A stretch of 55,711 nucleotides of DNA, taken from positions 1 through 55,711 of the forward strand of contig DATKNL010000004.1 in assembly GCA_035541435.1 (NCBI GenBank). The letters run 5' to 3'. Made by a program: the position numbers and the translations under genes. The notes beneath the pieces were generated by a model that had not been told where the DNA came from, did no database searches, and saw only the letters and a list, made by a program, of their open reading frames with translations. This DNA is from Minisyncoccota bacterium (lineage in GTDB: Bacteria; Patescibacteriota; Minisyncoccia; UBA6257; 2-01-FULL-56-20). Of this stretch, positions 40,061-50,125 are shown one piece after another (within the stretch, counting starts at the first letter, position 1; each line of letters starts with the position of its first letter).

Positions 40061-41116
40061 ATGCGCCAGCCCCCTTCGGCCTATTCCTATGACCTTCCCG
40101 AAACGCTCATCGCCCGCCGGCCGGCAAGCCCGCGCGATTCGTCGCGGCTCTTCGTCTATGACACCGCGCGGGATGCGATCGCCTTCGACCGGTTCTCGAA
40201 CCTCGGCGCGCGCCTGCCTCCCCGCTCGCTCCTCGTCTTCAACGAGACGCGCGTCGTTCCCGCGCGCGCGATCCTTCGCAAGGAAACGGGCGGCAAGGTC
40301 GAGGCGCTGTTCCTCGTGAATGAGTGGCGCGGCGGCCCCGTTCCCGTCATCGTCGACCGCAGGGCCGAGGTTGGAAGAAGTTTGCACCTCGGCCCCGACA
40401 AAAAATTTCTCGTGACGGCTCAGAAGGAGAATATCTTCTATCTGAAGCCGCTCTTCCCCGCCGGCGAACTCATCGACATGTTGCAGCGCAGCGGTATCAC
40501 GCCGATCCCGAAATATATCGGCGCCGGCGGCATGCGGGAATCGGAACTGCGCAAGAAGTATCAAAGCGTGTTCGCGGCCCGCTCGGCATCGGTCGCGGCG
40601 CCCACGGCTTCGCTCCATTTCACCGAACGGCTGCTCGCCGCGCTGCGCGCCCGGGGCATCAGGCGGACCTTCGTCACGCTCGACGTCGGACTGGGGACGT
40701 TCGCCCCGGTCAAAGATGAAAATGTCATTAAAGGAACCTTGCATAAGGAATTCTTCGATATCCCTGCGGCAACGGCGCGCGCGATCCGTGACGCGAAGAC
40801 GTCCGGCTCGCCGGTCGTCGCGGTCGGCACGACGGTCGTCCGCACGCTGGAATCGCAGGCCCCGCGCATCGCGCAGGCGGCCCGCCGCGGACCGATCGCC
40901 GGCACGACCGACATCTTCATCCGCCCGCCCTATCGCTTCAGGATCGCCGATGCGCTGATCACGAATTTTCACCTTCCGGGGACGTCCCTCATGATGCTCG
41001 TGCAGGCGTTCCTCCTTCATAAAGGAGCAAAACGGTCCGTCGTCGACCTCTATAACATCGCGATCGCCGAGCGCTTCAGGTTCTATTCGTTCGGGGACGC
41101 GATGCTCGTTGTATAA
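40061..41116 (+). CDS. queA: S-adenosylmethionine:tRNA ribosyltransferase-isomerase
   Basis: MRQPPSAYSYDLPETLIARRP...SRL N-terminus as in QueA; ATG 40061 lies 7 nt after TGCTATAAT. Confidence 0.9.
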   Translation: MRQPPSAYSYDLPETLIARRPASPRDSSRLFVYDTARDAIAFDRFSNLGARLPPRSLLVFNETRVVPARAILRKETGGKVEALFLVNEWRGGPVPVIVDRRAEVGRSLHLGPDKKFLVTAQKENIFYLKPLFPAGELIDMLQRSGITPIPKYIGAGGMRESELRKKYQSVFAARSASVAAPTASLHFTERLLAALRARGIRRTFVTLDVGLGTFAPVKDENVIKGTLHKEFFDIPAATARAIRDAKTSGSPVVAVGTTVVRTLESQAPRIAQAARRGPIAGTTDIFIRPPYRFRIADALITNFHLPGTSLMMLVQAFLLHKGAKRSVVDLYNIAIAERFRFYSFGDAMLVV

Positions 41117-41117
41117 T
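41112..41117 (+). promoter_or_regulatory. -10 box TATAAT containing the queA stop codon, 6 nt from ATG 41124
   Basis: direct read; TAA at 41114-41116 lies inside the hexamer. Confidence 0.5.
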
Positions 41118-41123
41118 GATCCT

Positions 41124-41732
41124 ATGAGAAAAATCATCGTGCTCAGTTTCGTTTCGCTGGACGGGGTGATGCAGGCCCCGGGCGGACCCCGCGAAGACGC
41201 GTCGGGCGATTTCGTCTTCGGCGGATGGACGGTCCCCTATTTCGACGAATTCATGGGCGGCGTGATGGGTGAGCAGATGGGCGGGCCGTTCGACCTGCTG
41301 CTCGGCCGCAAGACCTATGACATCTTCGCGTCGTACTGGCCAAAGCAGGACGAGACAGCCAATCCGGCGGCCGGACCGCTGAACCGCGCGAAGAAGCACG
41401 TCGCCTCGCGGTCGCCGATCGCGCTCTCCTGGGAAAATTCGGAGCTGCTCCCGGGCGATGCCGCCGAAGCCGTGCGCCGGCTGAAGGCCGGGGACGGTCC
41501 GGACCTGCAGGTGCATGGCAGCGCGAACTTCATCCAGACGCTCCTCAAAAACGACCTCGTCGACGAACTGTGGCTCAAAATCTTCCCGGTCGCGCTCGGA
41601 ACCGGCAAGCGGCTGTTCGCCGAAGGCACGATCCCGGCGGCGTTCACCCTGCGCGAATCGAAAACCTCCCCGCACGGCGTCATCGTCGCGACCTATGTGC
41701 GTTCGGGCGACATCAAGACGGGAACGTTCTGA
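41124..41732 (+). CDS. dihydrofolate reductase-like (RibD C-terminal domain) family protein
   Basis: MRKIIVLSFVSLDGVMQAPGGP... typical of the RibD_C/DHFR-like family. Confidence 0.8.
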   Translation: MRKIIVLSFVSLDGVMQAPGGPREDASGDFVFGGWTVPYFDEFMGGVMGEQMGGPFDLLLGRKTYDIFASYWPKQDETANPAAGPLNRAKKHVASRSPIALSWENSELLPGDAAEAVRRLKAGDGPDLQVHGSANFIQTLLKNDLVDELWLKIFPVALGTGKRLFAEGTIPAAFTLRESKTSPHGVIVATYVRSGDIKTGTF

Positions 41733-41811
41733 ACGCGGGCGGCCTGCGGAAAAGCAAAAGGCGCTTCCGTGACGGAAAGCGCCTTTATGAATGCCCTCGA
41801 CCGCGCCGACT

Positions 41812-42204
41812 TCACACGCACACGAGGTCTTCGACGGACTCCTCCTCCCGGACGGCGACCGGCATCGCCCGGTTCGCCGCCCGCTCCTGCATCAGCTCCA
41901 TGCGCTGCCTGAAGATCGCCCGTCTCCAATCGATGGTCAGGATGTCATAGGCGGCGAGCACCTGAGGCGAACGCTGTTCACCCAAGACGAGGAGGCCCAA
42001 ATCGCACATCTTGGAATCGCCAAAGTTGAACCTCCCTCGCGCCTCGTTGTAGTCGCCTTCGAGCTGTCCGATGACGCAGTTTTCGGTACAAGCGATATTG
42101 AGCCGCTGAACGTCGATGCGTTCCACCCATTCGCGACCGCCATATCGTTCACTGAGATACCGCATCCCTTGCTGTACCCGATTATCGTCCTCAAACATAT
42201 GCAC
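41812..42204 (-). CDS. hypothetical protein (130 aa)
   Basis: ORF with coding-like composition; GTG 42204 or ATG 42198; no domain recognised. Confidence 0.45.
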   Translation of the reverse strand: MHMFEDDNRVQQGMRYLSERYGGREWVERIDVQRLNIACTENCVIGQLEGDYNEARGRFNFGDSKMCDLGLLVLGEQRSPQVLAAYDILTIDWRRAIFRQRMELMQERAANRAMPVAVREEESVEDLVCV

Positions 42205-42317
42205 CCCACAATCCTTTCAAGAATGAACTTGCTACCTTCATTTTCGTGATCCGCGCCGTGATTGTCAAACCGGCCCGCCCTGCGGCTCGGGGACGACCGG
42301 TCGTGACCGCTCACCAG

Positions 42318-42349
42318 AAAAAGGATCCGCTTGTGGGCGGATCCTTTTT
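42318..42349. terminator. bidirectional terminator
   Basis: AAAAA-GGATCCGC-ttgtgg-GCGGATCC-TTTTT. Confidence 0.8.
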
Positions 42350-42372
42350 GGACTGCTGTCGACCGGCGCTTC

Positions 42373-42801
42373 CTATTGATAGTTGTAATTCGACATCGCG
42401 CCCGGGAAGTGGCCCCAGGGAGCGAACGAAAGACCGACGATCGCGAAAAGGATGCCGACGACGACGAACGCGAGCGCGACATAGAACATGATGCGCCCCG
42501 CGTGATCGACCGCCTTCATGAATCCGTCGTATTCGCTCTGGTTGCCGAACTGGCTGCTCGCCGCGGCGAACTCATGACCCTTCGAGCCGAGATAGATCAT
42601 GAAGACGATGAAGAAGATCCAGTTCACGAACGGGATGAGCATCAAAAGGTACCACCAGAGAAGCTGGTACCGCTTGATCGCGATGATGAACGATGCGTTC
42701 ATCATGAACGCGCCCCACGACCATCCTGCGTGCGGGGTGATGCCGTTGCTAGGTGAGTTTTCCATGGATTTCGATATGCACTCGACCTTTTCATTCAGCA
42801 T
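42373..42801 (-). CDS. DUF2628-like membrane protein
   Basis: GWSWGAFMMNASFIIAIKRY motif plus TM helices; alternative start ATG 42765 (MENSPSN). Confidence 0.6.
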   Translation of the reverse strand: MLNEKVECISKSMENSPSNGITPHAGWSWGAFMMNASFIIAIKRYQLLWWYLLMLIPFVNWIFFIVFMIYLGSKGHEFAAASSQFGNQSEYDGFMKAVDHAGRIMFYVALAFVVVGILFAIVGLSFAPWGHFPGAMSNYNYQ

Positions 42802-42900
42802 AGCATAACGGCCCGGCGGGTCGGTGCCGGCAGCGGCGCGACCGCCCGTCCGATTACAAAAAAGGCGGCATCCCGAAGGATGGCCGCCATAGGCCGAAAT

Positions 42901-44163
42901 TCAATGCTTGGCATCGAGCGCCCCGACTCCCGGCAGGAACGGGATCGCGGCCGCGGTGACGATGAGGATCGTGCCGCAGAGGGCGATCTCGAACGGGCAG
43001 CCCCATCGGTTGGCGACATAGCCGCCGCCGAAATAGCCGACCGTCATGCTCCCATAGAAAAACGAGAACGCCACGCCCATCACGATGCCCATCAGCTTCG
43101 GATCGCTCAGATGGGTGATCGACGACCGCAGGGTCGAGAAGCTCACCATCACGCTTGCCCCGATGACGAATATCAGCACGAGGGCGACCGGCACGCTTCC
43201 TGTCCGCGACAGCGCGAGAAGCGAACCACCGAGGATGCCGGTTCCCGCCGCTAGGAACGTCCGATGCGAGCAGTGCCTGTCGAACACGATGACGATGAAC
43301 GATCCGAGCAGCGTTCCGGCGCCCGATGACGCCGCAAGCCGGCTATAGACGATCGGCCCTCCCCCGAACATGTCCCTCGCGATGACCGCGAGAAGCGCGT
43401 AATACGAGAAGCCGCATCCGGTGACGACGGACGAGAGCAGCACGCACAGCCTGATGCCCGGGTTCCCGAGCACATAGCCCATGCCGCGGTTCGCGGTGGA
43501 AACCCACCGCGCGACGGCAAGGCCGTTGCCATGGCACGCGACCATCCGCATCTTGAGCAATGCGACGACGAGGACGACGAACGACAAACAGTTCAGGACG
43601 AAGGTCCCGCCATATCCCACGGTGAGCACGAGATAGCCGGCGCAGCCGGGTCCCGCGAGCATCGCGATATTATAGAGGGACGTGAACCACTTCGATGCCG
43701 CCCGCACGTTGCGCGGGTCGAGCACCGCATCCTTCACGATCGCATTGCGACCGGGACCGTCGATCGCGTTCACGAACCCCATGAGGGCGGCGAGCGCGAT
43801 GATCTCGCCAATCGTGATGCGGTTCTCGAACACGAGGAGCGCGAGCGTGGCCGATTGGGCCGCGCCCAGGATTCCTGTCATGATCAGGATGCCCTTCTTG
43901 CTGTAGCCGTCGAGAAGGAGGCCGGCGAACGGGCCGAGGATCGCGCCGGGAGCGAGATTGAGCGCTCCGACGGTCCCCACCCACAACGCCGCACCGTCCC
44001 TGCCGACGATCTTTATGATGAGCAGCGAGAGCACCGCGGACTGCAGCAGCGATCCCGTCAGGGAAACGAGCTGGCCGCCGAGGTACCACCGCATGTTGCG
44101 TTCGCTGAAGACCCCCGCAGGCGGGGCCGCTGGCGCTTCGAACGTTGCCGATGCCATTTTCAA
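42901..44163 (-). CDS. MFS transporter
   Basis: 420 aa, ~12 TM segments, MFS-like loop motifs. Confidence 0.85.
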   Translation of the reverse strand: MKMASATFEAPAAPPAGVFSERNMRWYLGGQLVSLTGSLLQSAVLSLLIIKIVGRDGAALWVGTVGALNLAPGAILGPFAGLLLDGYSKKGILIMTGILGAAQSATLALLVFENRITIGEIIALAALMGFVNAIDGPGRNAIVKDAVLDPRNVRAASKWFTSLYNIAMLAGPGCAGYLVLTVGYGGTFVLNCLSFVVLVVALLKMRMVACHGNGLAVARWVSTANRGMGYVLGNPGIRLCVLLSSVVTGCGFSYYALLAVIARDMFGGGPIVYSRLAASSGAGTLLGSFIVIVFDRHCSHRTFLAAGTGILGGSLLALSRTGSVPVALVLIFVIGASVMVSFSTLRSSITHLSDPKLMGIVMGVAFSFFYGSMTVGYFGGGYVANRWGCPFEIALCGTILIVTAAAIPFLPGVGALDAKH

Positions 44164-44249
44164 AGAACCCTTTCCGCGGGACGAATCCCGGCTGAAACTT
44201 CCGGCGTCAGGATATCATAAATTTCCGTCTTTGTCCATTTGGCGGCGTG

Positions 44250-44279
44250 AAAAAAATCGGGACTCGACACGAGTCCCGA
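44250..44279 (-). terminator. terminator after the zinc-ribbon gene
   Basis: 10-bp stem TCGGGACTCG-aca-CGAGTCCCGA with an A-run on plus. Confidence 0.75.
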
Positions 44280-44293
44280 ACCTGACTGTTCCG

Positions 44294-44662
44294 TCACCGA
44301 TAATAACTAGGGCAGCCATCGCTCGCGGCCTTCACCGCGAAGATGACGCCGCACGCGTCGCACGCCCACTCGCCGACTTCGACGTTGAAGTTCGGCTTGT
44401 GGCAATAGGGGCACGTCGTCACGCAGTAACTGCGGAGATGCACGGTCATGACGACCGCGGGACGGCGCTGGCGTTTTGCCTTGGCGGCGACGTTGCGCGG
44501 CCATACCTGGCTCCGCAGCGTTTCAGCCTGCCGCGCCGTGATCACGCCGAGCCGCGGAATCTGGTTGCAGACCAGTCCGTGGGTGCGCGGCGCGAATGTG
44601 AGTCCCGTCTTCTGAGCCCGGGCAACTTCGTCGGCCGTAAGCCGCTCCGAATGCTGCATCAT
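44294..44662 (-). CDS. hypothetical zinc-ribbon protein (122 aa)
   Basis: GGAGG 5 nt before ATG 44662; CPYC...CDAC pairs; terminator at 44250-44279. Confidence 0.55.
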   Translation of the reverse strand: MMQHSERLTADEVARAQKTGLTFAPRTHGLVCNQIPRLGVITARQAETLRSQVWPRNVAAKAKRQRRPAVVMTVHLRSYCVTTCPYCHKPNFNVEVGEWACDACGVIFAVKAASDGCPSYYR

Positions 44663-44779
44663 GTCGACCTCCAAAAAACTTCTGCCCTTCAGCTTAGGCG
44701 AATTGCACCATGACGTCAACCAAAATGGCGCACGGCCTCACGCCATGCGCCATCGTCGTTCGCGGACCGGGATCAGCGC

Positions 44780-45676
44780 TTAATGGCTGCCGCCGTTCCC
44801 TTTTCCATTACCCCCGCCGCCGAAGCGGTTCTTGAAGAGGTCCTGAAGGCCCTTCAGCTGGTTCATGAGATCGCCGACGTGCCGGCTGATGTCGGTGGCC
44901 GACGTCACGACGGCATCGGTGGCGTTCCTGATCTCGCCGAAGCCGATCCCGTTCCCCTTGTCGTCCTTGTCGCCATCGCCGCCGCCGTGGCGTGCCGGGC
45001 GGACCATGACGAGGTTGTAATCGCGGACGACGTCAGCCGTCACGACGAACGGGCTCGAGGACGTGATGCGTCCCGAGACGCCGACCTCGTCGCCGACCGA
45101 AAGCTGGTCAGCGGGATTCGTCGTCGAGGTCGCGCCGTTCCCGCCGCGAAGGTAGAAGCGCGGGAAGCTGCCCGACCAGTTCACCGTATAGGTGATGCCC
45201 CAGACCTGCGCCTGGAACGATCCCGACGCGACGCTCGTCACGGTCATGCCGCGCGCGAGGAACGCGCCGCCCGGCGTGATCGAGAGCGACGGCGGATTCA
45301 CGCGCGGAAGGTGCGGCGTGGATGTCGGCGCGGGCGTCGGGGCGGGAGGCGGCGGAAGGATCGTCGCCGAGCACGTCGAGGTCGCCATGGTCGACGAGGC
45401 ATCGGTCGCCTGAACGGTCGCCTGGATGGTTCCCGTCGCGGCATACGACTTCACGAAGAGCGAGCTCGTCTGGCCGCTCACGCTTGAATCGCCCGACCAA
45501 AGCAGCGTGACCGGGGCTACGCCGCCCGTCGTGGTCGCGCTCCATGTGATCTGGCTGCTCGAGACGACGCCCGAACAGGCGACCGTAAGGCCGCTCGTCT
45601 GCGCGCTCGCCGCCATGATCGAACCTGCCACGATGGCCGTGGCGATGCTGCCAATGATGGCTATCTTTGTTTTCAT
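44780..45676 (-). CDS. secreted hypothetical protein with Ig-like N-terminal domain and Gly-rich tail
   Basis: Signal peptide MKTKIAIIGSIATAIVAGSIMAASA; 298 aa. Confidence 0.65.
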   Translation of the reverse strand: MKTKIAIIGSIATAIVAGSIMAASAQTSGLTVACSGVVSSSQITWSATTTGGVAPVTLLWSGDSSVSGQTSSLFVKSYAATGTIQATVQATDASSTMATSTCSATILPPPPAPTPAPTSTPHLPRVNPPSLSITPGGAFLARGMTVTSVASGSFQAQVWGITYTVNWSGSFPRFYLRGGNGATSTTNPADQLSVGDEVGVSGRITSSSPFVVTADVVRDYNLVMVRPARHGGGDGDKDDKGNGIGFGEIRNATDAVVTSATDISRHVGDLMNQLKGLQDLFKNRFGGGGNGKGNGGSH

Positions 45677-45812
45677 GATTGTTGGGGTTATGTTTTTGCT
45701 CTTATATATAGGAAGGAACTGCCTGCATAGGGAAGCATGCTTTCGACCTTTCGTCCCCTATCGAACCATGATACGGATTCAGGCCTGAAGCGTTACGCGG
45801 CCGAACCGGCCC

Positions 45813-48800
45813 CTAAGGCGCCGGCCATTTCGAGCGCATGAGCGCCCGCGTCTTCGGACCAAGGATCCCCGACGCCGGAACGACGCCGTTCGCAGCCTGC
45901 CATTTCGCAAGCGCCTGTCCGGTCTTCGCGCCGAAGCGCATGATCTCGCTGCCCGGCGAACCCGGCCCGGACGAAGCGACGGGGTAGCCGTTCATGTTCA
46001 GGAAGACCTGCAGGTCCTTCACGTCGTCGCCGGAGCTGCCGACGGTGAGCGTGCGGGTGAAGTTCGCGACGAGCTGCGCATCGAGGCGCGCAAGGAGCGC
46101 GTTGAACTGCGCGATGAGCGACTGCAGCAGCGCGGCGAGCGTCGAGGTCGACTGCGAGCCCGTACCCGTTCCCGAAGGCTGCGGGGAGGGACTGCCCGAG
46201 CCCGACGATGCTCCCGACGTGCCGCCGCCCGTTCCGCCGGAGCCGCCCGAACCCGAACCGCCTCCGGTGCCGCCCGGCGTGACTCCTCCGCCCACGGCGT
46301 TCGAAACCGTGACCGTCACGATGTTCGTGATCGCGGAATTGCCGGCCGCATCGAGCGCCTTTGCGGTGATCGTGTGGCTGCCGTTCCCAAGTCCGGCCGT
46401 GTTGAGCGAATAGGTCCACGAGGTCGATCCCGAAACCGGAACGTAGACACCGCCGTCGACCGAGACGGCGACCGACGCGACGCCCACGTTGTCCGATGCG
46501 GTTCCGGCAACCGTGACGACGCCCGAAACCGCCGCTCCGTTTGCCGGCGCCGTGAACGTGATGACGGGCGGCGTCGTGTCGGGGCCGGCGCCCGGCGTGA
46601 CGGTGCCGTTGCCGTAATAGTAAGCCTGCGCATTGAACGCGAGCGGGCTGCCCGGGCCGCCTTCCGCGCCGCCCATGCTGTTCATATAGACGGACTCGGC
46701 AGGGTTCATATAGGCATGCCCGCCGGGACCGATGCCGCCCGTGACGTCCGGTCCAACGGCCGGGAACGGGATCGAGGCGGGCCACCACGCGGGCCGTCCG
46801 GCGAGATAGAGCGACGCCGGGAGCGCATGTGAAACGGCGGGAAGCCACGTCGTCGAGCCGTCGACCGCGTTATATTCGCCGTGCAACGCGGCGGACTGAT
46901 AGGGCAGAAGGCTGCCGTTCACGCTGCTTCCGCTTTCGGCATTGTAATAGCCGAACAGGTATCCGTAGGACTGCTGCTGATAGGAAAAGGGCGTCGGCCA
47001 CGTTTCGAAGGCGACCTGCGGTTTCGGCGCGCCGTTATACAGCGTGAGCGCCGCCATCCCCGCCGAGCCGGCAACGTTCCCCACGAACGTGTCGTTGTTC
47101 GTGAGCGCCGCCTCCTGCACGGCGCCGCTCAGGTTGAGCGGGTACCAGCTGTTCACGGTCGTGTTCACCGTCTGGATATTCGTCGGACCGCCGAGCGGCG
47201 CGCAGGTGACCGTCGCGCCGCGCACGCCGCCTATGGCGGGCTCGCAGGTCTTCGTGAAGCCGACGGCCCAGTTCCTGAAATAGGTGGCGTGGTTCGCCGA
47301 TCCGTGGATGTCGTCGTTGTCGCCGATCATGTTGAACACGTTCCCTTCGATGAGGTTGTACTGCGGCTCGGCGCCGTGACCCGAATCGAGCGCCATGTTC
47401 GCGTCATACCAGGTCGTGTCATAGGCTCCGGTCGAATAGTTATAGGCGACGACGTTGCCGGCCGCGCCCCATTCGAGCATGACGTTCGCCACATGCAGTC
47501 GGTCGAAGATGTCGTTCTCGACGACCATGCCCGTCACCTTGTCCGCGAGGTTCACGTCGGAATCGTACTGGCCCGACGTGTGCCGGAACGCGTTCGAGAA
47601 ATAGCTGTCGGCGATCATGCCGCCGAACGTCCAGCTCACGTTCACGTGGTCGCCGTCGGCATAGTTCCCTTCGACGCCCTCGATCCAGCAGTACGCGCAC
47701 GCGTTCATTTTAAAATTGGAATAGTCGCCGCCCGTGTGCGTGTTATTGGCATAAACCTGCAGGTCCTCGACCCCGGCCCCGTGCGTCATCGTGAACGCGG
47801 TGACGAGCGGCTGCGTCGACGTGCCGAGGCCCATGTCGTGCCAGACGCAGGTGCCGTCGGCAACCGACGAGCCGTCCGTCGGGAATGCCGGCGCCGTCGC
47901 GCCGCTCGTGCAGGTGTACGGGAACGACGCGTTGTTGTAGGTCTGCTCATAATAGTGCGCCGGCTGCGCCGACGGATTGACATAGGTCGCAAGCCCATAG
48001 GCCTTGTTCGGCTGCCAGTCGGACAGGCGGATGTCATAGTCGGTGAAGAGCGGGCTCACGCCGATCGTCGTGCCGTTCACGCTGCGCACCTCGAGGATCT
48101 GCCCTTCGGAGCGCGAGCCGTCCGTCGACTGGCCCGTGTCGCACCACGTGCACGGCCCCTCGTCGCCGCCGATCGTCACGTCGCCCGTATTCAGCCGGCT
48201 GATCACGAGATATTCCCCGACCGAGATGCCGGCGGCGTTCGCGACCGTGATGCTCGTCGCGTCCTTGTTCGCGTTGCCCATGACGGGGATGAGCTGCGAT
48301 GCCGGCGTGAACCGCGGGCCACCGCTCAAGGTTCCGAGCAGGATCGGCGCACCCGTCGTCACCATCGAGTTCAGGACCGTCTTGTCGGCGCCCGCGCCGC
48401 GAAGCGTGACGTTGCCCGGAATGGCGATCGAGCTTCTGACGAGGAATGTCCCCGCCGTGAGCGCGACGACGCCGTTCGCCGGACAGGCGTTGAGCGCCGC
48501 CTGGATGTCGGCTGACGCGTCGCTTGCGCCGTTCCCATAGCTCGATGCCTTGATGGTCGCGCAGACCGCGGTCCGGTTCGGGATGCCGCCGGGAATGCCG
48601 GCCTGGCTCCAGTCGATGCGGCGGCTGGCCTCGATCACGCCGTCCGCGCCGGCGCCGCCGACCGTCACCGTCTGCGTTGGTGACGCCGCCGAGCTCCTGC
48701 CGGAAGGATCGTAGGCGTCGACGCTATAGGCATAGGTTCCCGGTCCGGGAACCGCGGTGTCGTCGAACCATGCCGTGCCATTCACGACGCTGTTTGCCGT

Positions 48801-49841
48801 CGCGATCACCGCGCCGTTGCGGCGCACGTGATACCCCGCGACGCCGAAGGTTCCCGACGAGACGGCCCACATCAGGTTGACCTGCGAGGGCGAGATGGCG
48901 AACGCGCGGAGGTCGGTCGGGACCGATGGCGGCTGGACGTTCGCGACCACCGTCGCCTGCGCCGTCGTCGCGCCATAGGCATTCGTCGCCGTGAGCGTAT
49001 AGACCGTCGTCGATGACGGACTGACGACCAGCGAGCCGACGGCGGTCGTCGTCGAGAACGATCCGGGGGCGATGGCGATCGACGACGCACCCGACACGTT
49101 CCAGAAGAGCGTGGAGGTCGCCGACGACGAGAACGTGACGCTTGGCGGACTCGATGCCGACCTGAAGGCCATCATGCCGGTGAGCCAATAGCTTCCGCCG
49201 TTCGGCGCAAACCATGCGGCGACCGGTCCCGCCGCGGGCGCGGTGCCGTCTTCGTCGTTGAAACCGCCGATCGCGACGCGCATCGAGAATCCGACGCCCG
49301 GCGTCGAGGTCACGCTTCCCGCCGAGTTCGCGGTCGCGCCGAAAACGAAGTCGCCGGCGAAGGCGGCCGTGCTCGTGCCGCTCGTGACCGGCGCGCTCGT
49401 GAAGCCGGCAAACTTCTCGCTCCACGTGTCAAGGGCCCCTGAAGCGTTCACGCCGGCGATCTCGGTCACGGCGATCTTGCTCGTTGCGCTGCCCGAAAGC
49501 GTCGCCGTCACGGTGCACGAGCCGGCGGCCGTTACCCCGCCATACGCCATCGCGAAACCATAATAGGGCGTGCTCGTCACGCCGACGAGGGACAGGCCGC
49601 CGCTCGCGCACGTCGCCGAAACGCCCGTCACCGAAACCGCATTCGATCCTACGTCGACCGCCACGGCGAGCGTATCGCCTGCGGCGACCGGCGCATCGAG
49701 CGCCTTGCTGATCGAGGTCGCGGCACCCGACGTTCCGCTCGCGCCCTGCACGAAAGAGACGGCCGCGCGGGCGGGCGCCGCCGCGACGAACGCCGCGCAG
49801 GCGACGAATCCGACCAGGGCGAAAACGCGATAAGGCCTCAT
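45813..49841 (-). CDS. giant secreted surface protein (FN3/Ig-like, beta-helix, C-terminal coiled coil + peptidoglycan-binding domain)
   Basis: 1342 aa; signal peptide; central beta-helix-like region; C-terminal PG_binding_1-like GDDVKDLQVFLNMNGY...GAKTGQALAKWQ. Confidence 0.85.
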   Translation of the reverse strand: MRPYRVFALVGFVACAAFVAAAPARAAVSFVQGASGTSGAATSISKALDAPVAAGDTLAVAVDVGSNAVSVTGVSATCASGGLSLVGVTSTPYYGFAMAYGGVTAAGSCTVTATLSGSATSKIAVTEIAGVNASGALDTWSEKFAGFTSAPVTSGTSTAAFAGDFVFGATANSAGSVTSTPGVGFSMRVAIGGFNDEDGTAPAAGPVAAWFAPNGGSYWLTGMMAFRSASSPPSVTFSSSATSTLFWNVSGASSIAIAPGSFSTTTAVGSLVVSPSSTTVYTLTATNAYGATTAQATVVANVQPPSVPTDLRAFAISPSQVNLMWAVSSGTFGVAGYHVRRNGAVIATANSVVNGTAWFDDTAVPGPGTYAYSVDAYDPSGRSSAASPTQTVTVGGAGADGVIEASRRIDWSQAGIPGGIPNRTAVCATIKASSYGNGASDASADIQAALNACPANGVVALTAGTFLVRSSIAIPGNVTLRGAGADKTVLNSMVTTGAPILLGTLSGGPRFTPASQLIPVMGNANKDATSITVANAAGISVGEYLVISRLNTGDVTIGGDEGPCTWCDTGQSTDGSRSEGQILEVRSVNGTTIGVSPLFTDYDIRLSDWQPNKAYGLATYVNPSAQPAHYYEQTYNNASFPYTCTSGATAPAFPTDGSSVADGTCVWHDMGLGTSTQPLVTAFTMTHGAGVEDLQVYANNTHTGGDYSNFKMNACAYCWIEGVEGNYADGDHVNVSWTFGGMIADSYFSNAFRHTSGQYDSDVNLADKVTGMVVENDIFDRLHVANVMLEWGAAGNVVAYNYSTGAYDTTWYDANMALDSGHGAEPQYNLIEGNVFNMIGDNDDIHGSANHATYFRNWAVGFTKTCEPAIGGVRGATVTCAPLGGPTNIQTVNTTVNSWYPLNLSGAVQEAALTNNDTFVGNVAGSAGMAALTLYNGAPKPQVAFETWPTPFSYQQQSYGYLFGYYNAESGSSVNGSLLPYQSAALHGEYNAVDGSTTWLPAVSHALPASLYLAGRPAWWPASIPFPAVGPDVTGGIGPGGHAYMNPAESVYMNSMGGAEGGPGSPLAFNAQAYYYGNGTVTPGAGPDTTPPVITFTAPANGAAVSGVVTVAGTASDNVGVASVAVSVDGGVYVPVSGSTSWTYSLNTAGLGNGSHTITAKALDAAGNSAITNIVTVTVSNAVGGGVTPGGTGGGSGSGGSGGTGGGTSGASSGSGSPSPQPSGTGTGSQSTSTLAALLQSLIAQFNALLARLDAQLVANFTRTLTVGSSGDDVKDLQVFLNMNGYPVASSGPGSPGSEIMRFGAKTGQALAKWQAANGVVPASGILGPKTRALMRSKWPAP

Positions 49842-49849
49842 TGCTCTTT

Positions 49850-49855
49850 ATTATA
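49850..49855 (-). promoter_or_regulatory. -10 box TATAAT, 8 nt from ATG 49841 (giant surface protein)
   Basis: rc of attata. Confidence 0.5.
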
Positions 49856-49918
49856 AATCATAACCCGCTTTACATCCGTCCCGGGCTCTGATATATCCTC
49901 AAATAGAAGGAGGGCTCC

Positions 49919-50059
49919 ATGGAAACGATCTTCCATCAAGACCCCAATGCAGCGCGGCGCGACAGCATCATGAAGAAAGTCTTCGTCGTGATAGGCATCA
50001 CCGCGGCAATCGGAGCGGCATACGGCGGCTATCACCTGCTCGCGCCGCTGCTCCATTGA
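49919..50059 (+). CDS. small membrane protein (46 aa; below ORF-track cutoff)
   Basis: AAGGAGGGCTCC-ATG identical to the cassette-1 SD context; one TM (VFVVIGITAAIGAAYGGYHLL); terminator at 50084-50111. Confidence 0.5.
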   Translation: METIFHQDPNAARRDSIMKKVFVVIGITAAIGAAYGGYHLLAPLLH

Positions 50060-50083
50060 AAGCCCGCGACCACAACCAAAGAA

Positions 50084-50111
50084 GCCGCGTCATCCGTGAC
50101 GCGGCCTTTTT
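50084..50111 (+). terminator. terminator after the 46-aa ORF
   Basis: GCCGCGTCA-tccg-TGACGCGGC followed by CTTTTT. Confidence 0.75.
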
Positions 50112-50119
50112 GATACAAT
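50111..50119 (+). promoter_or_regulatory. extended -10 TGATACAAT, 6 nt from ATG 50126 (VanY-like)
   Basis: direct read. Confidence 0.55.
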
Positions 50120-50125
50120 GATCAT

